Assembly (NCBI RefSeq): GCF_009914755.1
Contig: NC_060936.1
Origin: the human T2T-CHM13v2.0 reference genome, Homo sapiens
DNA: 64,000 nucleotides
Strand: one strand, 5' to 3'
Positions 27,691 through 41,639 of the stretch are shown in pieces; the stretch's first letter is position 1; each line of letters begins with the position of its first letter. A program made the translations under genes and the position numbers. The notes under the pieces are model-generated. The model ran no database searches, had not been told where the DNA came from, and worked only from the letters and a program-made list of their open reading frames with translations.

Positions 27691-29499
27691 GCTTTCATTT
27701 GTGCCTTTGAAAAGTTAGTCCAGAAAATAATATTAGCCCGTTTTCATGGGAAATGAGAGTGTTAACTTTGCTGTTCCAACAAGTACTTCTCTCCAATCCA
27801 ATGCTGTCAAAGGCACTTCTCTGGGATGTGCCATTGGCTAAAAAGTAGGGTGGAAAGGGATTGATGGTCCGAGACAGCAATTTATAACACCCTGCCAGGC
27901 CATCCGCGATGTTGGGATGGATGGTGACTCTGCCAGCTGCTGGGACAGAATGAAAATGAGAATATTTATGCCGACATGGGAGCAGGAACCCAAATGCAGC
28001 TAAGTGATTTCTTCTCAGGTAACTTCCTGTGCAAGGGGGCACCCATTGAGCAGTGTGGACTTTTGATTTGAGCTAATACTATTACCAGTAGGGGGAAAAA
28101 CCCATCCTCTTACTTGATACTTGAATTTAAGGAGTTGCTTTCGATATCAGGAGGCAGAAGAAGCATGACTGAAGGTTAGAGAGTTACTGTACTCAGTGAT
28201 TTAGACGGTAACGTTCAGGGTTCTTTCTCACTGATGTCCAGAGCTGATGTAATTTCAACATTTATTTGTTTTGATAAATTTTTGAAATTATTTTTGAATG
28301 GTCAGAATCCCAAACAGAGAGAGGAAAGAGTGACTTATTAAAAATTTCAAGGAAGATGAACACTGGCTATGCTCAGACACCTAAGGTCAGATAAACACTG
28401 GCCCTAAATCTGCTCTCTCTTCTGTCCAGGGAACTTGACCCCTGACCCGGCTCTGACTACTTCCAGCTGGAGCTGACCCCATCCCCAGCTCCTGAGATGC
28501 AGTTGGAGACCCAAGCCAGCAGCCAATCAGCACCTGGCATTCCTTGGGCCCCAGTGATTGGTTCATGGTCTGGCACATGACCACAGCTGGACCAATCAGA
28601 TGGGGCTTCCTGTAGCTGGGAAAGCACAGCGTCCCTGACCCCAGGTCCTCGGTAAGCCCCAGGTCTGACGCTGGCAGCGGCCTCTGACTTGGGAGTGACT
28701 TCCTCACATCAAGAAGCGGGAGCCCAGAGAGGCTGGCAGTGCCAGGTTCAAACTTAGAGCCATGGGCTCCCAGTCCTTTCAACTGGGTTCTTTCTCACAC
28801 GTGGAGCCGCCTACAGGTTCCTGTGTCATCTAATTTTCAGGTGGACTCGGGAACAAGGATGGGCTGAATTCAGCTACCGCCTCATTTAATGTGGAGCCGT
28901 CATTCAGGACGTGTGTCTCCATCGGAGACAAAGCCAGCCTTCCTGTGCGTGGCATAGCGGGAGCCCCAGTCTACATAACTGACTCCAGCAATTTCCTCTC
29001 CTAACCACACCTGCCACTCTCCTCCCTACCCTGAAAGTAATAGGACTCAGCTTCCACAGCCACCACGCCGTTCACACCACCTTTATGTCAAGAGGGTCAC
29101 AGCATCCCAGGGAGGTCAGCAGGGAAGGTCCCAGCATCCCCATCACACAGAGGAGGAAGCTGAGGCCAGGAGGGCGTCTGGCCGGTTCAGGATTACAAAA
29201 TCTTCCCAGGGCAAGAACCTGCATCTTCTCTATTCTAGGTAAATATTTCTGTTGGGGAATTATTATTATTTCTCTTAATAAAAAGTAAGACGTACTGTTT
29301 CCCAACACTGCACCTGCGCTACAGCACTGCAGCAAAGGGAACAAACTTTAGGATCATTCTTGACCTAGAATTCTGGGCCTACCACTAACCAGGTGACCTT
29401 GTGTGAGATGCCATTTTATTACTTGAAAATAGGGCTTATATTCTTACAGTAGTGTCAGGATGGAATGCCAGAGTCTACGTAAACTCAGACACACTATCC

Positions 29500-29900
29500 T
29501 TGTCCTTCTGAGCCTTTACATTTGCAGTTCCCTCTACCTGGCACCCTCTACCCTCAGATCTCGGCATGCCTCGTCCCTCTTTTGTGCAGGTTTCAGCACC
29601 AACACCACTTCCTCTGACAGGTCTTCCCAGATCCTTTCTCTAGAGTCCTTCAGCCCACCCACACCCAGCCATCTCTCTACTCCCTTACCTCCTTTTTTTC
29701 ATGACGTCTGTCCCCATCTCATTGCCAGACTTAAATCACATCGATTTTTCTGCATGATTGTCTGTCTCCTCCACTAGAATGTCAGCTTTGTGGGGCTAGG
29801 GCCAGCTCCCTTCCTCCCTCCTCCCGTTCACCACTGTATGCCCAGTACTTAGTGTCTGGCATGTAGTAGATGCATAGCAAAGATTAGTTGAAAGTTTGAA
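29500..29900 (+). mobile_element. L2 3' fragment
   Basis: 'gcctttacatttgcagttccctctacctgg…tctgtctcctccactagaatgtcagct…gtctggcatgtagtagatgc'. Confidence 0.75.
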
Positions 29901-32900
29901 TTCATGAACTAATGAACTGCTTAACAGAGTTACTGGCCTCGAGTACATTTTCAACAAGTGGTAATAGTTATTATAAGTAATAATACTACTTTGCCTCTTC
30001 CTCAGAGGAAGAGGTCTTAGTCCTGGTAAAATATATAGGGACCCACTTATGTTAAATGGTTCCTGTTCACCCACCATGTCTCTGCAGCAGTAGGCAGCCC
30101 TGGCCTGTACTTGAGAAGTTAGTAGTACTCTCTAAACTGAGCTCCATCTTGGCAGGTAACCCACAAGCTTCCTAAGGACCTTTGCATGAGAGGGGCACTA
30201 GGTAGCTTTGGCTTTTCACATCCTGTGCCCTAATGACACAGAGATAGTCCCAAGCTTCTCAGGACCCTCTTGCCTTGCAGCCAGCAATTGCATATTCCAA
30301 ACTGCCCTGGGTAAGCACCATCATCCACTGTTCTACAGTGCTATTTAGGACCCAGAACGAGTGGCCTCATCCACAACTGGGGAGGGCCTGCACGGGTCTT
30401 TCATGTGCATCATCTGACACTGTTGATGAGGGCATCATTCTCTAATCCAGCTATCCCCTGCTCCCTGTGCTTAGGGAAATGAATTTCAAAGCCAGGACTG
30501 CTGGTGGCTTCCTCATAAATGGGCAGTTCCAGGCTCTGGGCCATTCTTGGTCCTGAGAAGCCACAACAGTGACCAACCTATATTCTTTGGTTCCAGACCT
30601 TAATGAACTGTCAGGATTTAGAAAGCCCACATATTCACGGAAGAGCAGATATCATTTTCTGGGTGGTTAAGTGGGCCCGCCAGAGTATCCTTGTTTTCAC
30701 TAAACTACTACTAACGTCAAAAGAGCCTGAATCTTTTATCAAGCTGTCAGTCCTCACTCTTTCCTTTCCCTGCCTTGCCCCACATCAGAACCCACAAGCA
30801 AAAAAGTCTGTGCACTGCTTCTCGTGGTGCTGGCATGAAGTTTGAACCACGTATGTCCTGGCAACACAAGGAAGCCCCATCCTAACCAGCATATAACCCA
30901 AGCTGGCCATCTATTTCTGTGCTCCCAAAACATTTATGCAGCTGCTTGTAAGCCTGCCCTGATCTCCTCTGAAAACTTTGTTATGTAGTAAATCTTGTTA
31001 TTCCTTCCTGCTTTGTGTGTGTTGGTGGAGGTGGAGGGAAGTGGGGGTGCAACCAGCGCCATTGCCTTAATTTTAGGAAAGTGATGGGTTTCTCACTTCC
31101 ACTGTTGGGTCAAAAGGCTACTATATGTCTGCTAAAAAGGGATACTGGAAAATGTTAGAATTATTAAATACACAGTACAATCCAAAGGAGTGTCTGTTCT
31201 TTACCAATCATAAAGGTTGAAAGACAATTAAAGTTTTCTCTCTACATGCTTCAGTTTTATTTAACACTGGGCTTGTTCACTGTGTGAACTCGTAGTACCT
31301 TCTGGGATGATTCTTCTCAACCTGGGGACACCCTCAGCCTTCACGGCTTTCCTTGTAAGACTCCACCGGACCTGAACTATCCAACCTCTGATGCAGTGTT
31401 CCTCTCAATGTTCAGAGCTTCCCCGGAGCCCCAGCAGACCTGCCCATACACCCACTCTCTGCTCTCATAACACCCGAGACTGGCCTGGTAGTGACCGCAC
31501 TACCACAGTAGACAGAATTGCACTCACATCGTCAAGTGTGTTCTTGGTTGCTTCGTGTCAGCCTTCTGTTGGATCATAGGGACGGGGCTCTTTGTTCCTT
31601 TTGCTCTCCATTCCATCCTGCAGCCCAGCCTTGGGACTGGCGTCTACTAGATGCTCATTTAACATTCATTAAATGTTGTTGAATGAATGACTGTTCTGGG
31701 CCACTGCAGGAAATAGTACATTCCCTAAAGGGTATTCAGTGCAGAAAAGCTGCACTCTTTAGGGACTTGGGAGCTTTGGCTCTTTAGGGACTCGGAAGCT
31801 TTGGCTTTTCAGATCCTGTGCCCCAATGACATAGAGATAGTCCCTAAAGAGCCTATGCAAATTAGAAAATAGTGCCTTTTCCATCCCTGACAAAATTGTC
31901 CTTATATATCAATTTGGGTAGAACAAGACACTTTCTTGCCATCTTTTGTACAGCTGTCCTACTAAATTCATACATCTACAATGTCTAGGATGTGAATTAC
32001 ATTGCCTTAAACATGTCCATGGGCAGTGCACAACCTGCACAACCTTACTCAGCAGTACTGAGTGTGTTCAGACATGCTTAGGCTGGGCGGACACTCAATT
32101 GGGACAGAACCTGATCCTACTGCAGCCAAGCTGGATGGCCCTGTGCCCCTCCACTGACCTCTACTGGAGGAATGTGCTCATGATTCCCCAGGCCATCCCT
32201 ATGTGGCTTTATCTACTGAGACATTTTACATTCTAAAACTGTAAAATGGATTTCAAGTAAAATCACACCAAGTAGCTACTAGCTAGAAGTTCATCCACAT
32301 CGTGAGGTTAACCCATCATCCAAAAAGCAGATGCCACAAATCTTTTAGGGAAATACAACAGTGACATTCTGGGAAAAGTGAGCTGAGCAAAGGGAGGAAG
32401 CCCCTTCTGGTGAGGGAAGGCATGGGGAGGATCCAGGGAGTATGATGAGGTGGCTTTTGCAAGGCGACTTTTGGCTTTCCTAGGATGGGATTGCATCATA
32501 CAATGACTCTCTGGGGTCAGAACTGTGCTTTGTCTAGATCACGGCTCCAAACTATGCTGCCCCCATGACGTGATTAGACACGGAGCCAGGCTAAGGCAGC
32601 TCCACCCCTGCCCTCCCCAAAGCTCAGACCATAGGGCACCCCGCTCTTCATCTCTCCTGAGAAAATGTGCAGTCATTCACGGTGACCCGTGAGCCTCTAG
32701 GGATCCAATACTCTGCATTAGTCCAGGAGAAAAACACAAGCAGGTGACTTTCTTCATCTGCATTTTCACCAGGAGTTTAGAGTCAGTTACAGGCAATAAG
32801 GTGCCATTATCTAATATAGTGGTCATTATTTTTTTTTCTCATTTTTACCTGAGGAGAAAATTACACAGGTTATTTTATGAGGTGAAGTTTTAAATGATCT

Positions 32901-33447
32901 TTGGTATTAATATATAATACAAAGTGACAGCCTCTATTACTGCAAGGAACTGAAGAGAAAATTGGAAGTTTACTTCTTACAGAGGAACCTGGAGGCCCAT
33001 AGAAAGGCAAAGGAACCATTTGTCGTTCTTGACAGAAATAGCTTTTCTCTCATTTGAAGACACAGACTTTACAGTCACAAACTGAACTGTGGCCATTCAT
33101 TTAAAAAGTCTTATATAGACACGCAGGTTTGAATATGATTTTCAAAATCCAAATTTTTCCTGAAAAAAAAATGCTTCCACAATGCAACATCCAACATTAT
33201 TTCCACATTTTTACACATAGGATACTTTTGAATTTCATAAATGACCCCATTTTTAAATTTTAAGTAATGCAGTTCATTGAATAATTGTCAGTACTGTAGG
33301 TCAGGAGTTTAAAAGGAACCAGTAGTGCCTATTCTATTTAGTAAATATCTTGACAAGCCATAGAATCTCTGTTGCAAATACTAAATTCTGTTGTAGCTGA
33401 AAGCAGCCATAGGCAATACATAAAAAAAGAGACATGGCTGTGGTCCA

Positions 33448-34126
<679 letters not shown>

Positions 34127-34269
34127 GTCCAATAAAACTTTATTTACAGAAACATTGTGGACCAGACTTGGTCCATGGGCTTTAGTTTTCTGGCCTCTGC
34201 CAAAGATGAATGTTCCTCCAACCCTCCCAGAATCAATTCTCCTGTAAAATTTCTGGTCTCCATTGATTG

Positions 34270-35080
34270 CAGCTCTATATTTTCTGTTTGTAAAAGAAAA
34301 AAGAATCTTGATTTCTCATTTTTTTTACACCTAAGATGATATCCATCAACAAATCTCATCTCTACCTTCATGAATTAAGAATCTGAACACTTCTCACCAC
34401 CTCTACCTCCAGAGCTTCCTCCCTGACTCAAGCCCTTGTCATCTTTGCCTCAATCACTGCAGTGCACTCCCTAGTATCCCTAGCTTTTGCCCTTATTACT
34501 TGTCGGCCTTTGCTTGACAGCAAAGTAATCCTGTTAAAACGTCTATCAGCCTCTTCTTCTCAACCCATGTCACACACACAGTCAAAGCGTTTATAGAAGT
34601 GGAGTCTATAATGTTCAACACAGTCTCTCCCTGTCTCTCCTACTCTCAGACTTATCTCCTCCTTCTCCCCTTGGTCTAACTGTTCTCCCTGGTGTTCCTT
34701 TAACACACCAGACACATTCCTGCCTCAGGACCTTGGCACATGTCACACTGTCTACTGAACTGCTCTTTCTCCAGGTGTTGGCAGGATTTCTTTAACCATT
34801 TCCTTACATTTTTAGTTGACTTTCTCAGGGCAACTTCCCTGAAAAATGAATCTTTACATATCAAAATATTATTTTGTGTTTCTCTGCTTTATTTTACTCC
34901 TTAGCAACTTGTCTAACAGTCTATATATTTATAGATTGGGTCTACTTTCTTTCTATACAGAGCCAGGGATTTCTGTTAATTTTTTTCTATTCTATATCCC
35001 CAGTTCCTAGAATAGATGAGGTGCCCCATTGATAGGTGTTGAATGAATGAACAAATGAGTGAACAATATTGTTAACTATG
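34270..35080 (+). mobile_element. L2 fragment
   Basis: 'cttctcaccacctctac…cctgcctcaggacc…tatccccagttcctagaatag…gttgaatgaatgaa'. Confidence 0.75.
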
Positions 35081-35107
35081 CAGACTGGATACTGAAGCTC
35101 CAGGTAA

Positions 35108-35406
<299 letters not shown>

Positions 35407-36089
35407 CAGGTGATTTTTATACATATGGCTAAGCACACTCAGATCTTCAGAACTAAAGCCAATGAACATTAAAATGGAATACCATGTTTAACTATTGAGC
35501 TGGTAAAGACTTATTTTTTATAAAGTAATATCCTATGTCAGGGAGGGTATAGTGAAAGGAACATTTCCTATACTATCAATTTCAAAGTCAATTAACACAG
35601 TCTTGCTCCAGAAAACTTTGTCAATATTTAGCAACTGTCTTAACATTGCTTATGCAAAGTGATCCAGTAATTCATATGAATAAATCACCCTAAGGAAATA
35701 GCTGGAGACATGAACAAAAATATGTAAAATGATATTCACTGCAGCATTGTTAATGATATAAATAAAGAAATATTCTAAATACCCAACAATAGAAGGATTA
35801 GCCAAATGATGCATGTCTCAGCTGAATGGTGAGATATAATATGTCATTAAAATCATATTTAGAAAGGTATTAGTAACACGAGAGAAAAGCTTGCAATATA
35901 TTGTTACAACAGACTGAAATGGCCTCAGTTCTTCCATCTCAGCATACACCAATGAGCCCTGGTCTCCTCAGGGCTGGATATACTTTCCACCCCTCTGACT
36001 TTTGGCTCAACCCTGTTGATTTGCTTGGAAACTTAAAATTTCCAAAGTGACTTGCTTTGGCCCATGACAGGTAGGTAGAGGAGCTGCCT

Positions 36090-36577
36090 ACACATTCCGC
36101 AAATATATGCATTTTCCCACTATGAATTCTTATTTATCTGTTGTATTTAAACATATTTCCCAAGGCCATTTGTAAGTTACATTTTTGATGAATCGAAGAA
36201 TGATCTTTTTAAAGCTGGACTTAAGTAATGTAAATACTTGAAAAACATTCCATGATTTAGACTGATGGTTTTCATACTTTAGTGGAATTCAGAAACACCT
36301 GGGAATTTCATTTAAAATGTGGACTCCAGGGCTTCCCTCCCAGACTGATCTGGGGCAGTGGGAGTGAACAGAAGCCAACATTTAAAAAGTATTTCAAGTG
36401 ATTATGACATAAGTTGTCACTGGACCTCAGGCTGATGTTACTGTGAAGTCAAGTGACAACTTATGTCAGAATCACTTGAAATACTCATGACAAGTCATTC
36501 AGGTTCTTGGCATTTTGAATAAACAACTGCACAAAATGCACAAACAAAGCAATAAAAGAATGAAGCACTGAAGGCAG
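36090..36577 (-). repeat. Inverted duplication, left (derived) arm
   Basis: Reverse complement of 37867-38355 with ~11 differences by manual alignment. Confidence 0.97.
36388..36485. repeat. Hairpin: 34-bp stem (1 mismatch) around a 30-nt partly paired centre
   Basis: agtatttcaagtgattatgacataagttgtcact … agtgacaacttatgtcagaatcacttgaaatact. Confidence 0.95.
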
Positions 36578-37375
36578 TCAGGCTGTCCTGAACCTTACCT
36601 GTAGGAGTCTCATGTATTTCTGTTGGCCCTCGTGTGCTTCTGTCATCATCCTGAGAGAGACACACAGGCTGAACTGCTGTCCCAGGAGAAGGACATGAGA
36701 CATGTGGCACGAGCCACCCCAGCTGAGTCCCCAGGATGAACTCACCTGGATCATCTGTAGGAAAGATTCATCAAAAAAAAAAAAAAATGACTGCTCTTTT
36801 AAACCACTGAACTTAAGGGTATTTTATTATACAATAATATACCAATACAGCTGTATACTTTAAAAAGGCAGCATGCTAAGAATGGTAACCATAGTAAATA
36901 TGCTTTCATCTTCTTGAGAAAAAGATAGATGCAGAGAAGAAACTAGAAATAAATTCGTCAAAAGTTAATTGTGATTATCTCAAGGCAGTGGGAAAATAGA
37001 TATTTTAAAATTTTATTCTTTGTAATTTTCCACATTTAACAAAAACATTAGTCACTTTCACAATCAGCAAAAAACAAAACTAGAATTGTTTCCCTGACAG
37101 AGTTCATTTGTGTCATTTGTATGGAAGAGAGAGGTGGTTTTGGTATACCGTAGCAAAGCAGTGTTGTTTAGTGGGAGAAAGAAATTGGATCTGGAATTAA
37201 AAATCCTGGGATAGGTTTCTGTCTCAACCCCATCTGCCTAGGAGATACTGTTCTGAGCAACAGAGCAGTGAAACGAGCCTAAGACACCTAACAGGGCAAC
37301 TGTAGGGATTATGGGGAAATACAAACATTTATGCAGGAAGGTCATTTAATAATCCAAATTTTAATTATATCTCAG

Positions 37376-38008
37376 TGAAGCAGGAGAATAGGATTTGGAG
37401 GCAGGGAACCTAAGGCCAATTTATGCTGACTTCCTAGAACTGAATCAAAAGGAAAACCCCACCTTTCTATGCCCAAGTAACAAAAGGATCGGAGGCTACT
37501 CCCTTTGCAACCCAACCCCGCTTTCTGTGTTGCAGATGAGAAATGGAAAGTACCTCTGATTGGTCGGTCCCCTCCCACAACCAATCATACTGGTCACAGG
37601 CCTAGTCTTCATTTGCATAGGGGTTCAACTTTGTAACTTCACTTCAGCCTCTGATTGGTCACCTACTGCGACCAATCAGACTGGTCCCCTACTGCGACCA
37701 ATCAGACTGGTCCCAGGCCACTCCTTCATTTACATAGGGTGTAACCAATTAACCAGTGGAAACTTCCAGAGGGTATTTAAACCCCAGAAAATTCTGTAAC
37801 CAGGACTCTTGAGCCTGCGCCCACTCCAGAGGGTAAATCTCTGCTTTTGTACTTTCCAGTAAATCTCTGCTTTCAGTGCTTCATTCTTTTATTGCTTTGT
37901 TTGTGCATTTTGTGCAATTGTTTATTCAAAATGCCAAGAACCTGAATGACTTGTCGAGAGTATTTCAAGTGATTCTGACATAAGTTGTCACTTGACTTCA
38001 CAGTAACA
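37376..38008 (+). mobile_element. MER51-family ERV1 solo LTR
   Basis: 'tgaagcaggagaatagga…ggaggcagggaacctaaggcc…cagtaaca'; 4-bp TSD TCAG at 37372-37375 and 38009-38012. Confidence 0.9.
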
Positions 38009-38355
38009 TCAGCCTGAGGTCCAGTGACAACTTATGTCATAATCACTTGAAATATTTTTTAAAATGCTGGCTTCTGTTCACTCCCACTGCCCCAGATCAG
38101 TCTGGGAGGGAAGCCCTGGAGTCCACATTTTAAATGACGTTCCCAGATGTTTCTGAATCCCACTAAAGTATGAAAACCATCAGTCTAAATCATGGAATGT
38201 TTTTCAAGTATTTACATTACTTAAGTCCAGCTTTAAAAAGATCATTCTTCGATTCATCAAAAATGTAACTTACAAATGGCCTTGGGAAATATGTTTAAAT
38301 ACAACAGATAAATAAGAATTCATAGTGGGAAAATGCATATATTTGCGGAATGTGT
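37867..38355 (+). repeat. Inverted duplication, right (source) arm
   Basis: Contains the MER51 3' end, its TSD and downstream flank; reverse complement of 36090-36577. Confidence 0.97.
37961..38054. repeat. Second copy of the hairpin (32-bp stem, 1 mismatch)
   Basis: tatttcaagtgattctgacataagttgtcact … agtgacaacttatgtcataatcacttgaaata. Confidence 0.95.
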
Positions 38356-38474
38356 TCATACGTGTTCGTAACAATCGGGCTCCAGTCAGGACACAGACAC
38401 TACATCACTAGTTTGAACATTAAGCTTTTAATATAACAATTATCTATTGAAAGGGATGAAAACTTTTCAGAATA

Positions 38475-40125
38475 TAAGGGGACTTCAAAAAGTTTGTGGA
38501 AAAACGAAATTAAAAGATAAAAGTAAAAAATATAAACTGTGTTTGTGAGCATGAAGTCCGTCAAGTTGAAGACACTTCTGTGAGTGATGATGCCAGATAT
38601 TTAGTCCATCCCTGTAGAACTGAGGGTCCTGGAAATGTTACCATGTCAATGCAGTCTTTTCAAATTATGAACTGGAGAAAAACAGGTAAATAGGTTCCTT
38701 TAAATATAGATTTTTTTTTTAATTTTAGCAAACAAGAAGTCAGAAGAAGCCAAATCAGGACTGTAAGGTAGATGCCTAATGATTTCCCATGGAAACACTG
38801 GCAAAATTGCCATTTTTCCTTATTTTTTTGTTTTGATTATTATTTTTTTCTTTTTTTGAGACAGGGTCTCCCTCTGTCGCCCAGTTTTGAGTGCAGTGGC
38901 ACAATCATAGCTCATTGCAGCCTCAAACTCCTGGGCCTCTGAAGTAGCTAGGACTATGGATGCACGCCACCATAGCCAGTTAAGGAATTATTATTATTAT
39001 TATTTTATAGAGACGGGATCTCACGATGATGCTCAGGCTGGTCTCAAACTTCATGGGCTTAAGCAATCTTCCCACCTAGGTTTCCCAACATGCTGGGATT
39101 CCAGATGTGAGCCACCATGCTGAACTGCACAATTGCCCTTGTTCGATGAGAGGAATGAGTAGGAGCTTTGCATTGTGAGGGCGGAGAAGCACTCTCTATT
39201 GAAGCTTACTTGGGTGTTTTTCTGCCAAAGCTTTGGCAACCTTTCTTAAAACACTCTCATAAAAAGCAGATGTCATTCTTTGGCCTTCCTGAAAGTCAAC
39301 AAGCAAAATGCCTTCAGCATCCCAAAAAACTATTGCCATGACCTTTGCTCTTGATCAGTCCACTTTTGCTGTGACTGGACCTCTTCCACCTTTTGGTGGC
39401 CATTGGTTTAATCGTGCTTTGTCTTCAGGATAGCGCCAGTAAAGCCATGTTTCATCTCCTGTCACAATTCTTCAATGCAGTTCTTCGGGATCTTGATCCC
39501 ACTTGTTTAAAATTTCCAATGAATGAAAGCTTTGCTGTACTCTATGGCTGATCTGGGCAAAGTTTGGCATCCACTGATTGGACTCCACTGATTGGAAACT
39601 TTGCTCAACTGTAATCATCAGCCAGAATTGTGTAAGCTGAACCACTTGAGATGTCTATGGTGTTGGCTGTTGTTTGTGCTGTTAATCTTCAGTCCTTTTC
39701 AATTAGGGCACAAACAAAAAGAACTTTTTTCCTGCAAATTGATGTAGATGGTCTGCCATTGTGGGCTTTATTTTCAATATCATTTTGTTCATTCTTAAAA
39801 TGATTTAACCATTTGTAAACTGCTAATTTCCTTTAGGCATTATTCCCATAAACATTTTTTAGCATCAATTATCTCACCATTCTTACACCCAAGTTTCACC
39901 ATAAATTTGACGTTTTTGCTTCAATGTTTGCAGAATTCATATTGCACTCACAGAGGCTTTTTCTCAAACTGATGTCTTCTTAATTCTTGCTGCCTTAAAC
40001 TAAATCCTGCTCAGATGTGCTACAAAAAGTCAGTATGAATTTATTTTGATGCAAAAAATGGCTTGAAATCCATGCATAATTTTTCAATAAATATGCATTT
40101 TCCACTAATTTTTGAAGACTCTTTG
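38475..40125 (-). mobile_element. HSMAR2 mariner transposon, near full length, inactive, with AluJ insertion
   Basis: TIR-like ends 'aggggacttcaaaaagtttgtggaaaa' and 'ttttccactaatttttgaagactc'; decayed transposase on the minus strand. Confidence 0.88.
38812..39127 (-). mobile_element. AluJ
   Basis: 'gagacagggtctc…atcatagctcattgcagcctcaaactcctggg…aagcaatcttcccacc'; TSD-like aattgcc. Confidence 0.88.
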
Positions 40126-41639
40126 AACAGGAATAATAAATGGAAGGAGCAGCTACTACTTGTAGGGCTAAAGGAACGTACCCAAGAAGTAAAAAACATA
40201 AAGCGTACTTTCTCCCAAGCTGAAATTCAGACCTTATTGAGCTGGTGTGGCTGTACCCCATTGCCTGGTTGGGAAGTGTGCTGAGTGTCTTGGGCCAGAG
40301 CTGGTTCCCAGCTAATGAGCCAAGTTACCCACTGGTGGGCCAGTGAAACTCACTGAACAGTGAACACCACCAGGCCTCTGCAGGCTGCTGGGAGCTATGC
40401 GACAGGAACATAAAGAAAACACTATAATCAGGAAGAAGAGCTCTTCCTCAGCTGTCCCTTTCACTGTCTCTCTAGCACCCCCCATTGGAAAAGTCCAATG
40501 TTGCATCAACAGAACAGAAATATTTACAGGGTCCAGCTCCAAGACCACACAAAGCAAGGACAGATGGGTGGAGTTGGAGCTGACAGGCAGCAAACAGAAT
40601 TGGCAGAATTACTTCTTCTAGAAAGTTCAAGAACATCTGTATTCGAAATTTCCTGTCATACCTTGCAACACTATGTATGGTGTTAATTTTATCTTTGTTA
40701 TTCTGAACGTTCTAAATCTGTTATCAATGAGTCAGTTCTATTTGAAAAGATGTACTGGATGGTTATGATCATTCATTTTAGCAGAAACTCAATTTTCAAG
40801 GGAGCAAATGAAAACAGGAGATAAGTAGTCAACATCACAAAGCATGTCAAATATGAAGTGAAAAAAATAAAATAAAAGCTGTCTCTTATGGAAGTGCTTA
40901 AGACATTCATTCATATTTGTGTTTCCCATGGGTCTTTAGATCAAGATAATAGAGCAATTAACTATATCTAAAAGACTTTAAACGTCTTTGTACTTTATTC
41001 TTATGGACGAGGACAGCTGAAACTCACTTTTGAAATGGGGACTACTTGCATGTTTTTCTACTTTCTCTCCATAATAAAACAGGAACAAATGCAACTACTT
41101 CCTTCCAGTGATAAAATGAATGAGCACATTCATGAAAAGCTCCTCAACTCACATAACAGGTTGTGAAAGGAAGAGTGATTTTCTGAGCCTTTGGGGATGT
41201 AGAGTCATTGAGAAGCATTTGTCTTAATTAATAACAGAGATTAAAGTTAAACATGCTTGGCAGCTGTTCCAATATACTTTATGGTTATCACAACAAGCAT
41301 ACTTTATCTCTACAGTGATAAACAATATGTAACAACAGTTGTCAAAAATCTGTTTGATGATGTGATATTTATATATGTAGTTGGTATTAAATGCTTTATT
41401 TTTGAAAATTCCTTGGGGCTAATTATTGTTGTTGCCTAATGGGAAGTTTAAAGGAGATCTTCAATGATAATAATTGTAACCAGTCATCAGTACTTTATGT
41501 CTTAATTAATGATGCCATCTAGAGAACAGTAATTGAGACTTTCAGAGAAACTGAAATCTAGGGGGAACAAAAGAAAAACAGGAAATCACATAAAGGGAGG
41601 GGGCATCAAATCATAATACAAATTCTGCTCCAGGCATTG

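Larger units (their letters stand above)
35901..36850 (+). mobile_element. MLT1 (I/J-like) MaLR LTR split by the inverted duplication arm
   Basis: 5' part 'gtgacttgctttggcc' (to 36089); 3' part 'cccaggagaa…gagacatgtgg…ttttaaaccactga…aataca' (from 36578). Confidence 0.65.
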
